Shown one piece after another: positions 51,191-62,203 of a stretch of DNA of 64,000 nucleotides; position 1 is the stretch's first letter, and every line of letters starts with the position of its first letter. Below the pieces are notes generated by a model. The model was not told the origin of the DNA and did not search any database. It saw nothing but the letters and a program-made list of their open reading frames with translations. The DNA is taken from IMG/VR virus record IMGVR_UViG_644736339_000001; one strand, 5' to 3'. The translations under genes and the position numbers were made by a program. Source of the DNA: a virus (lineage: Duplodnaviria > Caudoviricetes).

Positions 51191-52638
51191 GACAGCACCG
51201 CCATAACGCGCTCGCCGACCCACTGGGCAACGTTGCAGGCGACGGCGTTTCCGGCCTGCATCGTCTGCTCACCCTTGGTGCCGTGGACGATGTAGTCGCG
51301 CGGGAATCGCTGCGAGTACAGCTGCTCGCGCGGCTGCACCATCCGGAACCAGCAGTCGTTGATGTCGACCGCAGGCCCAACCAGCGCGGCCGAGTCCACC
51401 GTGGACATCGTGTGGAACGGCTCGCTCGTCGTCTTCGTCGAGGCATTGCGGCACGGCACCACCAGCGCGTGGTGGTTCCCGCCGGACGTGACAGTCGCCA
51501 ACGGCTGAGTCACGGCCGAGGCATCGGCGTGGTTGCGGTACTCGACGATGAACGGCGTGGACGTTGCGACCAGCGCCTCGAAGCCCTTCGGGTTGGCCGT
51601 CCGGGTCCGCATCGGAACGTTCGTCGGCGAGGCGGTCGTGTTCCAGCCGCCGCCGCACGGGATCAACAGCCCCTCGCCGATCTTCGTGCTGCGGACCGGC
51701 AGCGGCCCCTCGTCGGCGGGGAACGCGCGCCCGTCGTGCCCGGAGTGGTTGACGGTGATGACGCTGCGCCGGTCGGGGAACTTCACCAGCCCGGCGGCGA
51801 TCCGCTTCATCGTGGACGCGGCCAGCGGCTTGGTGCGGTCGCCGATGCGCTCGCCGAGGTTGTCCCAGTCGATGATGGACGCGGCCGGGTTGATGTAGGG
51901 CTCGACGATGCTGTGGCGGCATGACGAGTTCTCACAACGGTAGTCGTACTGCTGCTTGTACTTGCCGATCTTGCGGCCATTGCGCCATGCCTGTACGGCT
52001 CGGACATCGGTTCCGCACTCGGGGCACCAGGCGAGCGGACGCGGCTTCAGGTCCGGCAGCGGAATGCCCTTGAGGGTGAACACGATGTAGATCCGGTCCC
52101 GCCACTGCGGCGCGGCTTCGTTGCCGTCGCCGCCGATGTGGGCTGCGGACACCGACACGATCTGCCCCTGGTAGCCGAGGCGTTCCATGCCGCTGAACCA
52201 CCAGTCGAACAATTCCCAGTCGGTGGCGAACTCCATGACGTTCTCGCACATCACGACCTTGTAGCGGTGGACCTCGGCGGCGCGGATGACGTCGTAGGCG
52301 GTGGCGCGGGTCCGTTCCCAGGCTGCGTTCTCCACCGGGCCGTACTCCAGCAGCGCCTCCTCTCCGGGCAGCAGCTTGCGGGAACGTCCCCGCCCGCCGG
52401 CGGGTGAGATCTCGGTGCAGATCGGCGATGCCCACAGCACGTCGGTTGTGGGCAGGCGCCGCATGTCGTAGTTGTTGACGTCGGCGCAGACGTGCTCGGC
52501 GTTGCCGTGGTTGGCGGCGTGCGTGGAGATCGCGACCTTGCTGTGGTTTGCCGCCAGCTTCAGCTCGAAGCCCGCAGCGACAAGGCCGGTTGAGCTTCCG
52601 CCGGCGCCGCAGAAAATGTCGGTAAAAGTGATGGTCAT
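51187..52638 (-). CDS. DNA cytosine-5 methyltransferase
   Basis: Motif I FCGAGG, IV SPICT, VI ENV, VIII QWRDR, X GNAV. Confidence 0.92.
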   Translation of the reverse strand: MTITFTDIFCGAGGSSTGLVAAGFELKLAANHSKVAISTHAANHGNAEHVCADVNNYDMRRLPTTDVLWASPICTEISPAGGRGRSRKLLPGEEALLEYGPVENAAWERTRATAYDVIRAAEVHRYKVVMCENVMEFATDWELFDWWFSGMERLGYQGQIVSVSAAHIGGDGNEAAPQWRDRIYIVFTLKGIPLPDLKPRPLAWCPECGTDVRAVQAWRNGRKIGKYKQQYDYRCENSSCRHSIVEPYINPAASIIDWDNLGERIGDRTKPLAASTMKRIAAGLVKFPDRRSVITVNHSGHDGRAFPADEGPLPVRSTKIGEGLLIPCGGGWNTTASPTNVPMRTRTANPKGFEALVATSTPFIVEYRNHADASAVTQPLATVTSGGNHHALVVPCRNASTKTTSEPFHTMSTVDSAALVGPAVDINDCWFRMVQPREQLYSQRFPRDYIVHGTKGEQTMQAGNAVACNVAQWVGERVMAVLS

Positions 52639-53033
52639 GACTCGACTCCGAACGGGGTGATGCGCAAGGCGATTTGGGTATGGCGCACCGGAGCGCCGAG
52701 CACGACCTCGATGGAGATCAGGTGCTTGCCGTCGTCATCGGGGATCACTCCGGCGTCGACGATCCCGTCGATCGCAGCCTTGTACGACGGATACCAGTTG
52801 TGAGGGTCGCGGCGGCGCTTGTCGTGCGGGTGCAGCACGGCCTGTATGCGGATCTGCTCCATCGGCGGGATGTGCGCGTCGCGTGCGGACTTCGCGGCGG
52901 CTTCCCGCAGGGCCTTGGTGATGCGGGCCCTGGTACGCCAGTGGACACGGTCGTTGGCGTTGAGGAGCTTCATGCCGGCAGGGAGGGCAACCACGTAGGT
53001 CGTGGCCTCGGTATCGGCTGTCGCGGTGTCCAT
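52635..53033 (-). CDS. RusA-like Holliday junction resolvase
   Basis: LLNANDRVHW...RRRDPHNWYPSYKAAIDGIVDAGVIPDDD. Confidence 0.8.
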   Translation of the reverse strand: MDTATADTEATTYVVALPAGMKLLNANDRVHWRTRARITKALREAAAKSARDAHIPPMEQIRIQAVLHPHDKRRRDPHNWYPSYKAAIDGIVDAGVIPDDDGKHLISIEVVLGAPVRHTQIALRITPFGVES

Positions 53034-53601
53034 CAGAAACCTCCCAAGTGGATGGCCCGCGCCGGCGCCCCGAGCGCCCGCAGCAGCGCCGCGGTGTGCT
53101 CGGCGACGGCCGGTGTGGCGCAGTCGATGCGGTACTTCGAAGCCGGCAGCGACGCCAGGTCCTGCCGGTCCAGGAACAGCTGAATGCGGTCCTGTGCGCG
53201 GGCGTCGGTGCGCGGGATCCGCGCCGGGTTGACGTCCACGAACGGCGTCAGGCAGAGTCCGCCGCACTCCGGGCAGGTGTTGCGGCCGTCGGCGAGGATC
53301 TGCTCGATCAGGGCGTCGATCTCGACGTTGAGCGCGTCCACGGTGGTCGAGGTGAAGAAGGTCGTCACGAATGCCCCCAGAAGTGCGCGGCCCAGTTGTG
53401 GGACTTCTCGAAGTCGATACACACCACGCAGGTGGTCACCGCCTTGGCTGCGCTGGCAGCCGGCAGCGGATCCGCAACCTTGCGGCCACAGAAAGCACGC
53501 TTCGTGCCGGTGCAGACCAGGCAGCCGCTGTGAACCAGCGGGGGAGGCGTTGCGGCGCCGGGGGTACGGACCGGCAGCAGCACGATTGTTAGGGCGGTCA
53601 T
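53033..53601 (-). other. Two small Cys-containing hypotheticals (53365-53601, 53033-53368)
   Basis: Overlap chain. Confidence 0.6.
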
Positions 53602-54533
53602 GAAGCCACCGCCATCTCCGCCTGCGGGAACTGCCGCACGCGGAGCTCGGCCGGCCACTCCTCCAGGTCGCCGCCCTTGCGGTCTGCAGCGCCATTCGCC
53701 TTCGCCCACACGGAGCCGAGCTGCTTAACGAATGCGTGGTTCACGCCGGGACGGCACTGCTCGACGATCGAGGCAACCCACGCCGGATCCATCGGTCGAG
53801 CGCCGGGGCCGGACTCTCCGCCGGCAATGATCCAATCCAGGATCGACGGCGTTCCCGTGAAGATCTCGCCCGTCCCCGGGAAGGAGACATCCCCGCCGAG
53901 CGCGTCCATGATGACGCCGCGCGCTTCCAGGTGCTGCAGATCGATTGGTCCCAGCAGAGGCTCCGCCGAGATGAAGCGGATCGCGGCCGGGGTCTCCAAG
54001 AGCGCCGGGATGCGCAGGTTCGCCGTGTGCTGATCCTCAGTGCTCACGCCCAGCCAGACGTTCGGCAGGGGCCACGGCGCGTCGTACAGTGCGGACGCCG
54101 TGTCCTCGTCGTTGGTCGCCTCCAGCAGTGCCTGCCCGCCGTCGCGAAGCAACGACCGCATCCGCCCGTGCCGCTTGCTCAGCACCTGGTAGACGTGCTG
54201 TGGCGTCTTGGCCATGACGGCGAACACTCGCGCGATGTACTCGGTCGGGACGTCCTCGTGGAACAGGTCCGAGAGGCTGTTCACGAACACGCGGCGGGGC
54301 TTGCGCCAGTGCAGCGGCGCGGACAGCCGCTCGGGGTGGAACAGGATGCCGGTGGTGCCGCCGATGCCGGGCTTGTCGAACTTGCGGTGCGCGATGCGGA
54401 ACGGCGGTGTGCCGGTGATGTAGCACTTCAGGCAGCCGTCGGAAACCTTGGTGCAGCCGGTGATGGGATTCCAGGTCGCGCCCGGGGTCCCATCGTCGGA
54501 CATGGTCCACTGGATCTTCGTCTTTGCGCTCAT
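53598..54533 (-). CDS. DUF5131 (phage Gp37/Gp68) family protein
   Basis: TWNPITGCTKVSDGCLKCY, FVNSLSDLFH, NVWLGVSTE, RFISAEPLLG, GGESG. Confidence 0.92.
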   Translation of the reverse strand: MSAKTKIQWTMSDDGTPGATWNPITGCTKVSDGCLKCYITGTPPFRIAHRKFDKPGIGGTTGILFHPERLSAPLHWRKPRRVFVNSLSDLFHEDVPTEYIARVFAVMAKTPQHVYQVLSKRHGRMRSLLRDGGQALLEATNDEDTASALYDAPWPLPNVWLGVSTEDQHTANLRIPALLETPAAIRFISAEPLLGPIDLQHLEARGVIMDALGGDVSFPGTGEIFTGTPSILDWIIAGGESGPGARPMDPAWVASIVEQCRPGVNHAFVKQLGSVWAKANGAADRKGGDLEEWPAELRVRQFPQAEMAVAS

Positions 54534-54535
54534 GG

Positions 54536-54946
54536 TCAGTTCCTCCGGTCAGTGGAAGTCGTGGTGTGCCGCACGCGGCGGCGGGGGATGTGCACGCCAG
54601 GCATCCGGCGGCGCCTGAGCGCACGTCGAACCGGCGGGGGAGTAGCAGGTCTGTGGTGCGGAGCGCTCGGCAGCAACTGCGTCGGCTCGTCTACATCGGC
54701 GAACACGTCGCCGAGGTGCTGCACAATCCCGTTGAAAGCCTCGGTCTCGCGCTTCAAGCGGTGGTCGGCTACGTGCCGCCCGACCCACGCCGCAGCACGC
54801 TTGATCAGCCAGTGCAGGATCCGTGCCGCGACAGCCACGACTACGACGGCGGCGATGTCCGCGACGAACGCCGGCAGGTCCTCGACGATCGCCAGGACCA
54901 GGCGGGCAACGACAGCGAGCATGCGGTGCGGGAAGGAGGGGGTCAT
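54536..54946 (-). CDS. Membrane hypothetical protein
   Basis: Hydrophobic N-terminal half. Confidence 0.5.
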   Translation of the reverse strand: MTPSFPHRMLAVVARLVLAIVEDLPAFVADIAAVVVVAVAARILHWLIKRAAAWVGRHVADHRLKRETEAFNGIVQHLGDVFADVDEPTQLLPSAPHHRPATPPPVRRALRRRRMPGVHIPRRRVRHTTTSTDRRN

Positions 54947-55767
54947 GAGGCGGCCACCTCGAACAGTCCCTGCTGAACCTCCAGCGGCCGGTTCGACCAC
55001 AACACCTCAGTACGGCGCCCGTGCGTGCCGCCCTGCGTCGTCATGGCGCTGATCTCGTGCCGGTCCCAGCCGTCGTACAGCGCGTCGTACAGTGGCGAGC
55101 CGTAGCCGGACAGCACCACGGTCGCCTGGCAGGCGTTCAGCGCCGCAGCGAGCTTGCGGTGGTCGTCCTTGTGCGGCATCTCGTGCAAGTAGTTGGTGCC
55201 GTTGCGCGTGCCGGCCAGGTACGGCGGGTCGACGTACAGCAGCACGTCGGCGTGGCGCCCGTAAGCCTCGATGACCTCCAGCGCCGGGCGGCACTCCAAC
55301 GACACCTGCGCCAGTCGGGCGGCGGTAGGGGCCATGCGGCCGACGTAACCGGCGAGGTAGCCGGCCATCGAGGTGCTGTACCCGGCCGACTCCTGGTAGT
55401 GGCGCCAACCGGTCGGACGACGAGTCCCGGCGCGACCCTGAGCAAGCTGAACCCATATGCGGCGTGCACGCTCCAGATCGTCGGGAGCATCGTCGGTGCG
55501 GTAGGCATCGAGGTACTCGGCGCGCGAGTGCGGTGTCAGAGCACAGACGCGCTCCAGATCGGCCGGGCGGTCGCGCAGGACCCGCCAGAAGGCCATGAGC
55601 CCGCCGTCGAGATCGTTAACGGTTTCCATTCGGGACGGCGCCTTGGCTAGCAGAACCGCCAGGGATCCGGCGAACGGCTCGACGTAGTGTCCGTGGGCGG
55701 GCAGCAGGCCGGCGATGACAGGGGCGAGAGTTGATTTCCCACCGAAATAGCTGAACGGGGGCATCAC
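54943..55767 (-). CDS. DNA adenine methyltransferase (D12/Dam class)
   Basis: FSYFGGK, YVEPFAGS, NDLD, YVDPPY, EVLWSN. Confidence 0.93.
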   Translation of the reverse strand: MMPPFSYFGGKSTLAPVIAGLLPAHGHYVEPFAGSLAVLLAKAPSRMETVNDLDGGLMAFWRVLRDRPADLERVCALTPHSRAEYLDAYRTDDAPDDLERARRIWVQLAQGRAGTRRPTGWRHYQESAGYSTSMAGYLAGYVGRMAPTAARLAQVSLECRPALEVIEAYGRHADVLLYVDPPYLAGTRNGTNYLHEMPHKDDHRKLAAALNACQATVVLSGYGSPLYDALYDGWDRHEISAMTTQGGTHGRRTEVLWSNRPLEVQQGLFEVAAS

Positions 55768-56177
55768 GCCGCCACCGCCCTAGTCGCGCCGCCAGCGTCC
55801 TGATCCAGCAGCGCAGGCCCGGCCTTCCACGAGTAGACCAGCGACCCGGCGGTCTTCTTCCGCAGCGCTTGTTCCGCCGTGACCTTCACCAGCAGGCGCT
55901 GTGTGCCGCAGTTCTTTGCGAACTGCCCCCAGTCGTGCGACGGGTCCGGTGGCTCGTCCACACCCGCGATCCGGGCCGCCTCGTACACCTGGTAGGCGGT
56001 GTCCGGGTTGTTGCGGAACACGACGAGGATCCGCGCCTGGTTGTCGGTCTCCCACTCGGCGTAGGTGGTTGCGGCGGTCGGATTCGAGGCCGTGACGGTC
56101 TCGCCGCCGAGCTGTCCGTCGCGATCTATCAGTGCGGTATCGCCCTCGATTGGGCGGGAAGTGCGTGTATTTGGCAT
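55764..56177 (-). CDS. Hypothetical protein
   Basis: Coupled to the Dam gene. Confidence 0.6.
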   Translation of the reverse strand: MPNTRTSRPIEGDTALIDRDGQLGGETVTASNPTAATTYAEWETDNQARILVVFRNNPDTAYQVYEAARIAGVDEPPDPSHDWGQFAKNCGTQRLLVKVTAEQALRKKTAGSLVYSWKAGPALLDQDAGGATRAVAA

Positions 56178-56317
56178 GGCTGACGCAGGCTTTCTGGCGT
56201 TACGCGGTGAAGTTTGTTAGGACCGGCGGCGCCCTACAGGGGGGAGGTAGAGACGCCGCCGGCCGGGTGCTGGAGCGCCAGGCGGGGGGGACCTGCTTGG
56301 CTCCAGCAGCTAGTGGG

Positions 56318-56821
56318 CTAGCCGGAAGACTGTTCGCGATCCGCGTCGCGTTTCCGGCGGTAGCCGTCTCGTCGGCACTGGTGGCATTTGCGTTGCCCGT
56401 TGGCCAGTACGTCCTTCGGCGTATATTCGTGGCCGTTGCGGCAGACGGCTGCCCTGTATGCCATTTGCCCATCTCGACTTGCCCTGGCGCGGCGCAGGTT
56501 CTCGGCGGTCGTCACCTGTTCCAAGTGCGCCGGGTTTACGCAGAGCCGGTTTCGGCACAGATGGTCAAGCTGAAGGTCCGAGGGGACCCCGCAGACCAGA
56601 CGCTCGTAGACCACGCGGTGTGCCGGCCGCCCCAGGAATTGTCCGTATCCATCGGGATCGACATACCCGCGCCATATCCAACAGGTCATCGTGGGCTCAA
56701 TGCGATCCCACATAGTCGAGCGCGACTTCTCCGAGAACTCGACGGGCGTTCCGGTTGGGAACGTTCTGTCCGCTCCATCCGGGTGGGTTGACACAAGTGA
56801 AGGGGTGGCAAACTCGCTCAC
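56318..56821 (-). CDS. HNH homing-type endonuclease
   Basis: CWIWRG...GYG...AHRVVYE...LDHLCRNRLCVNPAHLEQVT..EN; C-terminal CRNGH...CHQC. Confidence 0.92.
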   Translation of the reverse strand: MSEFATPSLVSTHPDGADRTFPTGTPVEFSEKSRSTMWDRIEPTMTCWIWRGYVDPDGYGQFLGRPAHRVVYERLVCGVPSDLQLDHLCRNRLCVNPAHLEQVTTAENLRRARASRDGQMAYRAAVCRNGHEYTPKDVLANGQRKCHQCRRDGYRRKRDADREQSSG

Positions 56822-57041
56822 GTCTCATCACCAACATCGTTCGGATCGCGCAGGTGCTCCTCGGCGGCCTGCCACTTCGGTTGCTGCGGAGGCACGAAAG
56901 GCTTCGCGAATTCCGAGTCCCTGAACGGGACCGTCTGCGACAAGTCCTCGCGGAGCTGCTCGTTATCGCGGTGCGCCATCACCAGGAGCCCGGTGAGGGT
57001 CAGGACGCCGATGACGAGCAGGGTGATGAGAATGATGGCGA

Positions 57042-57983
57042 TCATGACGCCGCCGCTGCTGCCTGGTCGTAGGCGGCTGACTGCGCACGGCACGTCGCGC
57101 ACTCCGGGTCGTAGCCGCCCGGGTGGTCGTGGTCGTCCACGATCTCGCCGTCTACCACTGACTCGTCCGAGTAGGCGTCCTCGCCGAGGTCCACAGTCGG
57201 TGCGAACGAGGCGAAGGACGCCGCGGTTTCGGATGCAACCTCGCCGGCAGCCCGCAGCCGCTCCCGCATGTACTCCGACGACGTCGGCACCCACTTGGCC
57301 AGCTGGCGCACTGCGGACTTCAGCCACATCGCCGGCTCGTGCGTCTTCCACGGCGAGTAGTTGGAGTTCGCACCCTGCGAGGAGTCCTTGATCTTCAAGA
57401 TGGCGGCCCGGTTCAAGACCACGACCTTGCTGGTCGCGCCGTCACCCATCACCGCGTAGGCGTACACCAGCCGCAAGGCGCCTCGGTCCGCCAAGTCCCA
57501 GTCGATGTCGTGCAACGGACGCTCGTGCACGCCGGGCTTGTACGTGAACGCGTCGTTGGCGTACACGCACTCGGCCACCACGGAGGAGATGGCGCCGGCC
57601 CGGTACATCAACTCGATGTAGCCCTGGTAGCCGACGATCCCGAGAATCTCCAGCTGCCCCTTCACACTGCGCGGTGTCAGGTAGTACTGCTCGGTGCCGG
57701 GCTCCAGGCCCAGGCGCGCCGCGTCCAGCAGCGAGGAGAGGAACACCGCCGGGTTGTTGTTCGCGGCGATCTCCAGCTCGGTGCGGGTGCTGCCGTCGTC
57801 GAGCTTGACCTTCTTGCCCTTCTTCAACGCGCCCTGCGCCAGCCGGACCCAGGTTTCGGGCTTGATGTGCGACGGCAGCACCATGGCGAAGTCGGCAGAG
57901 AAACTTTTGACCATGCCGCCGGGGGAGTTGTCCCGGGTGGCGACGGCGGTCGATGCGGTCGTGTTCTCGGTGGTTGCGGTCAT
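57042..57983 (-). CDS. recT: RecT-family single-strand annealing recombinase
   Basis: AARLGLEPG..QYYLTP, IVGYQGYIELMYRAG, SPWKTHEPAMWLKSAVRQLAKWVP. Confidence 0.92.
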   Translation of the reverse strand: MTATTENTTASTAVATRDNSPGGMVKSFSADFAMVLPSHIKPETWVRLAQGALKKGKKVKLDDGSTRTELEIAANNNPAVFLSSLLDAARLGLEPGTEQYYLTPRSVKGQLEILGIVGYQGYIELMYRAGAISSVVAECVYANDAFTYKPGVHERPLHDIDWDLADRGALRLVYAYAVMGDGATSKVVVLNRAAILKIKDSSQGANSNYSPWKTHEPAMWLKSAVRQLAKWVPTSSEYMRERLRAAGEVASETAASFASFAPTVDLGEDAYSDESVVDGEIVDDHDHPGGYDPECATCRAQSAAYDQAAAAAS

Positions 57984-58921
57984 GCGGCTGCTGCCTTCTC
58001 GATTGGAGTCTGGGGTTCGGCGCGCAGGGACGGCGCGGACCCACCGCGTCCCGGTACGCGCATGGCGATCTGCTCGCCGAGGAAGTAGGCCCGCCGTGCG
58101 CGGCCCATTGCGTCCAGCAGGACGGCGGCGGCCTGGGACTTCACAGCGTTAGCCGCACGGGCTGCGTCGACTGCGTCCATGTACGGAATTGCGATGTGCG
58201 GCGGCACCTCAAAGACCTCGTCGTCGATGTCCGGGTGCAGATCCCGCACAGCCGTGTAGGTCTCGCCGTGCTCGTCGATATCCGGGCGCACCTGGTCGCG
58301 GATGGAGTCCATGAACTCTCGCGCGGCCTGACGCATCACGCCCGCCTGGGCGGCGTCCGCCTCGATGATGTACTCGCGGAACTCGCCGGTGGACCCGATG
58401 AACACTTCCGTATGGCAGGGGCTGAGCCCGAACACGTCCAGGTACCAACGGTCCTGCACCTGGTAGTACGGCGGGATCTGGTCGGTACCTTCCTCGCCCC
58501 ACTCGTCCGGATACAGTGCGAACTTGGCCTCGAGGATCCCGACTGGCTGCGGCGGCAACGGGTGGTCGCACTTGGCGCTTCCGCAGGTGCACGCGTCGAA
58601 GATGAGCCGGTCCGGATTCGCCAGCTGGTAGGTGCGCTCGCGGTGCCGGTAGGTGCCGGCCTGTACGACCCGGAACTCCGGGTGCTCGTCGGCGAACTTG
58701 CGGCAGATCGCGGGCTCCAGACGGCGCCCAGCTTCCATCTCGGAGTTGGATGCCTTCGGCCCGATCAGCCCTTGCTTGCGGTGCCACAGCGAGAACCTGG
58801 ACTCCCACTTGGAAATCTTCAGCAGTGCTGCAACCTCGGAGCCGCCGACGCCGGTAGTGCGTGCGGCGTGCCAGTCGGGGGAGCCGGGCTTGAAGAAGCC
58901 GATCAGTTCCGGGCTCACCAC
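57980..58921 (-). CDS. YqaJ/lambda-exonuclease (RecE-like)
   Basis: WHAARTTGVGGSE, GRRLEP, LANPDRL, LEAK, IPPYYQVQ. Confidence 0.92.
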   Translation of the reverse strand: MVSPELIGFFKPGSPDWHAARTTGVGGSEVAALLKISKWESRFSLWHRKQGLIGPKASNSEMEAGRRLEPAICRKFADEHPEFRVVQAGTYRHRERTYQLANPDRLIFDACTCGSAKCDHPLPPQPVGILEAKFALYPDEWGEEGTDQIPPYYQVQDRWYLDVFGLSPCHTEVFIGSTGEFREYIIEADAAQAGVMRQAAREFMDSIRDQVRPDIDEHGETYTAVRDLHPDIDDEVFEVPPHIAIPYMDAVDAARAANAVKSQAAAVLLDAMGRARRAYFLGEQIAMRVPGRGGSAPSLRAEPQTPIEKAAAA

Positions 58922-61273
58922 GACACCTCGGCAGCCTTCGGATCCACGGGGCTTTCCAAGCCCGGGACCATGTCGAGACGAACGGCGTTGTGGATGATTT
59001 CCCAGCGGCGGGTCATCACCTCGGCGTGTGCGGCATCGGCGTCACATTCGCCCGCGAGCTTCCGGGCGGCGCCCGCACGCTTCCGGCACTCGGCGACGTC
59101 TTCGCGCCACATCCTGACCCGTCCGGCGATCTCGGCGAGTTGCGCCTCCTTCGGGGTCACGGCTTGCTCACCGCCTCGACCGGCGGCTTGTTGAAGCCGC
59201 GGCAGAAGCCCGCGTTTGCATAGCGGTCGCCCGAATTGCGGATGGCGACGCTGTAGCCGTGGAAGAACATGCGACCGTCCTGCTTGACGCGGATGTTCTT
59301 GCCGCAGACAGGGCAGATTCCGCGCGGACGCGTGGTGGCGCTCATGCGGCACGACCCAACTGGCCGGCCTGCGCCGCAACCGGGTGGCGCAAGTCGGCGT
59401 CCAGCACGCGAGTCAGTGCCTTGCGCGCGACCGCCTCGGCATACTCCAACTCGGCCAACGCGTAGTCGTCCTGCAGTTCCATGGCGGCAGCGAACCGGTA
59501 CGCGTCCAACTCGTGGAACGCGCCGAGCAGCACGTCGAACAGGCCGCGGAACGGCTCGTCCAGACCGGACGCCAGCCGGCTGGCCGACTCCACCTCGCCC
59601 TGCGCCCGCCGGTACACCTTCTCCGAACCCAGCGTGCCGTTGCGACGAGCCCCTGCGCGCTTCAGATGCGCGGCTGCGGTGTCGGCCGCGTAGAGCGCGT
59701 CGAACAGGCCCGACTCCGGGTCCGTGACCGCGTCCAGGACTTCATCGATGAGGCTCATGCCGGCACCCCCGCGATAGCGAGAAGCACGGCACCGAAGTCC
59801 GCCTTCGCGGCGTCGAGCAGGCCCTGGTCCACGGCGTCGTACAGCAGCTCCCACTCGGTCAGGTGCTCCTGCTCCTCCTCCGCGCATTCGGTCCAGCCGT
59901 CGCGCTTGAACTGAGCCAGGTTCCGCTTCGATGCGGTGATCTGCGCGTCCAGCAGCGTCAGGATGTGCTCGTACTTCTCGTTCATGCTGCCGCTCCCGTC
60001 GTAGCCGAAACCGACAGAATGTCGGCGGTGATGGTGGTCCAGAGCCTGACCGTCACGCCGTCCATCTCGGTAACGGCGGAGAGCTCGATCCACGGGGCGA
60101 TGAACGGGCTCGTCTTCATCGGCGATTGCACCAGCGACCATCCCGGCTGGCGCGACAGCCACGCCACCTGGCCGATGACCGTTGCCTCGTCCGGCTTGGA
60201 AAGCTGCCCAAGAACCTGACCCGGCAGGACTGTCCACGACGCCAGGCTCACGCCCTCCAGCAGCATGTGGACCTTGACCGCCACGTCGAGAGCCGGTGCG
60301 AGCCGGTTGTGGTCGTCGGCGAGGGCGTCGTTCGCGGCTTGCTCAATCAGCGCCGTCATCGCACACCGGCCTTCGCCCGCGCCCGCTGCACGATCTCGTG
60401 GGACAGCTCGTCCACCTTGTACAGCGCAGCCGCCGTGCCATCAGCGTCGTAGACCGCAGTCAGCTGGCCGGCGTCGGACGCCTCCTGCTTCGCCTTCAGT
60501 ACCTGCGCGACCCGGTCCCAGTGCGCGTCGTCGTGAGCCCAACGCTCCGCGAACGCCTTGATCCGCGCGTCGGTAGCGTCCAGGCGGGCATCGTCCTGAG
60601 CTAACCGGGACTCGCGAGCGCGGCCCATGTCCCGCGCCTCACGGAACATCCGCACCGCTAGGCGCATCGCCGGGTTCTTCACCCGAGGAACGCCCGTCAC
60701 CATTGCGGACACCACCCGCTGCTCCGCCTGCGCCAGCTCTAGGGCCGGGTCCTGCTCGGCCTTCAACCCGTCCAGGACGTGCCGACCGCGAGACTCGGGC
60801 TCCAGGTCGTTGTCCTCGACGTGCGTGCGGTCGTGCCACCGGGTTGGGTCCGCGTGCATCACCGACGGCGGCATGTCCACCGCCACCGGCAGCAGCTGCG
60901 TTGCGGCGGTGTCCACGGATCGGCGCGGGGCGGTGACGACAGGCAGCACCTGCGTCACGTCCAGCGGCAGTTGCGGTGCCATATGGCCGGAGATCGGAGA
61001 GTACGGGGTGTGCGGGTACAGCGGCAGCACCGCCGCCGGCGAAACTTTCGGCAGTTCGCGGGTCAGGAACGCCTCGTCGGCCTCGCGGATCGCGGGCATC
61101 AGCTGGGTCTCGGGACCCGGGCCGGCCGTCGGACGGGGGCGCTGTGGCATGTTGCCGGACGGCGGGACCAGACGCAGCGAACGCTGCTCCGACTTTGGGG
61201 CGGCGTGCGTCGCAGGGTCCTTCGTTAACAACTTGCGGAAACGGGAGCTACGATTGGACATAGCGTCCCTCAC
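58915..61273 (-). other. Early hypotheticals (60356-~61261 Pro-rich, 59982-60359, 59755-59985, 59342-59758, 59157-59345, 58915-~59160)
   Basis: 4-nt overlap chain. Confidence 0.7.
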
Positions 61274-61366
61274 CTACTTCCTGGACTCAGTGCTTGATTT
61301 CGTGAGGGGCGTTCAGGGCAGTGGACTGGTCGTGACCCGGTCCGCTGCCCACACGCTTTGGCGGGC

Positions 61367-61681
61367 CTAGGCCGCACGTAACGCGTCGCGGCTGGCCTTG
61401 CTCACCGCTTCACGCGCCTGGATCTTGATGATCTGTTCCAGGTTGGCCTTGGAGAACTTCTTCAGGCCGCCGATCAGCGTGTAAGGCCAGGTGCCGTCGC
61501 TGGTACGTCGGTACAGCTGGTTCGTGGATTCCAGGCCCAGCCGCTCGGCCGCTTCCTCGATGGAGTACAGGAGCGGTTCGAGATCGGGGCCGAGGCCGTT
61601 GCTGGCGAGGTACATGCCGAGTGCCGCGTGAAGCACCCGCGCCATTTCGATGTCGGCAGACGGAGCCGCATCGATACTCAC
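61367..61681 (-). CDS. Excisionase-like HTH protein
   Basis: LLYSIEEAAERLGLES...WPYTLIGGLKKFS..NLEQI. Confidence 0.75.
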   Translation of the reverse strand: MSIDAAPSADIEMARVLHAALGMYLASNGLGPDLEPLLYSIEEAAERLGLESTNQLYRRTSDGTWPYTLIGGLKKFSKANLEQIIKIQAREAVSKASRDALRAA

Positions 61682-61962
61682 GCCGCGACCTCATCGATCT
61701 CGACCGGCTCAAACAGCATCTTGTGTGCGTAGCTGTGGGTGACGCCGGTGCTGACTGCAAGGTCGCGCAGACGGTCCTGGACGTTCTGACTCGGTACGCG
61801 GGTGCCGCGCTTCACTTCGTGCAGGGTGACGCGGCCAATGCCGGCGTCTTCGGCGATCTGCTTGATGCGGGGCTTGCCCGTTTTGGGCCAGCTCCAGCGC
61901 GTGGGGTTGCGCTCGGCGAGCTGGGTCAGGCCTGTCGGCTTGAGTCGCGTCTGCGATGCCAT
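61678..61962 (-). CDS. Cro-like HTH regulator
   Basis: IKQIAEDAGIGRVTLHEVKRGTRVPS; divergent from the repressor. Confidence 0.8.
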   Translation of the reverse strand: MASQTRLKPTGLTQLAERNPTRWSWPKTGKPRIKQIAEDAGIGRVTLHEVKRGTRVPSQNVQDRLRDLAVSTGVTHSYAHKMLFEPVEIDEVAA

Positions 61963-61983
61963 CGACGAGTTCCCCTTCCAAAG

Positions 61984-62006
61984 AGTTTCGTCGCTGGAAC
62001 GAAACT
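61984..62006. promoter_or_regulatory. Palindrome in the lysis/lysogeny switch
   Basis: AGTTTCGT-N7-ACGAAACT. Confidence 0.5.
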
Positions 62007-62203
62007 AGCCTAGGAAGTACCGGTACCGCAACCGCTTCGGCAGATCTGGTTCCGGTGGTGTAACCGGCGTGCGTGCTTCAGTTCAAATTGAGGAAAACCC
62101 AGGCCAAGGGTGTACTTCTGGCTCGATGTCGCTATGTTGACTTGCGGGAAGGCCAGCGCGACGTGTTGCATATGTGGAACACTTCTGGTGAGGGGCGCGA
62201 CGC

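Noticed and set aside
51187-56821. Restriction-modification system
   Set aside because: No restriction endonuclease; the nearby HNH is a typical freestanding homing type.
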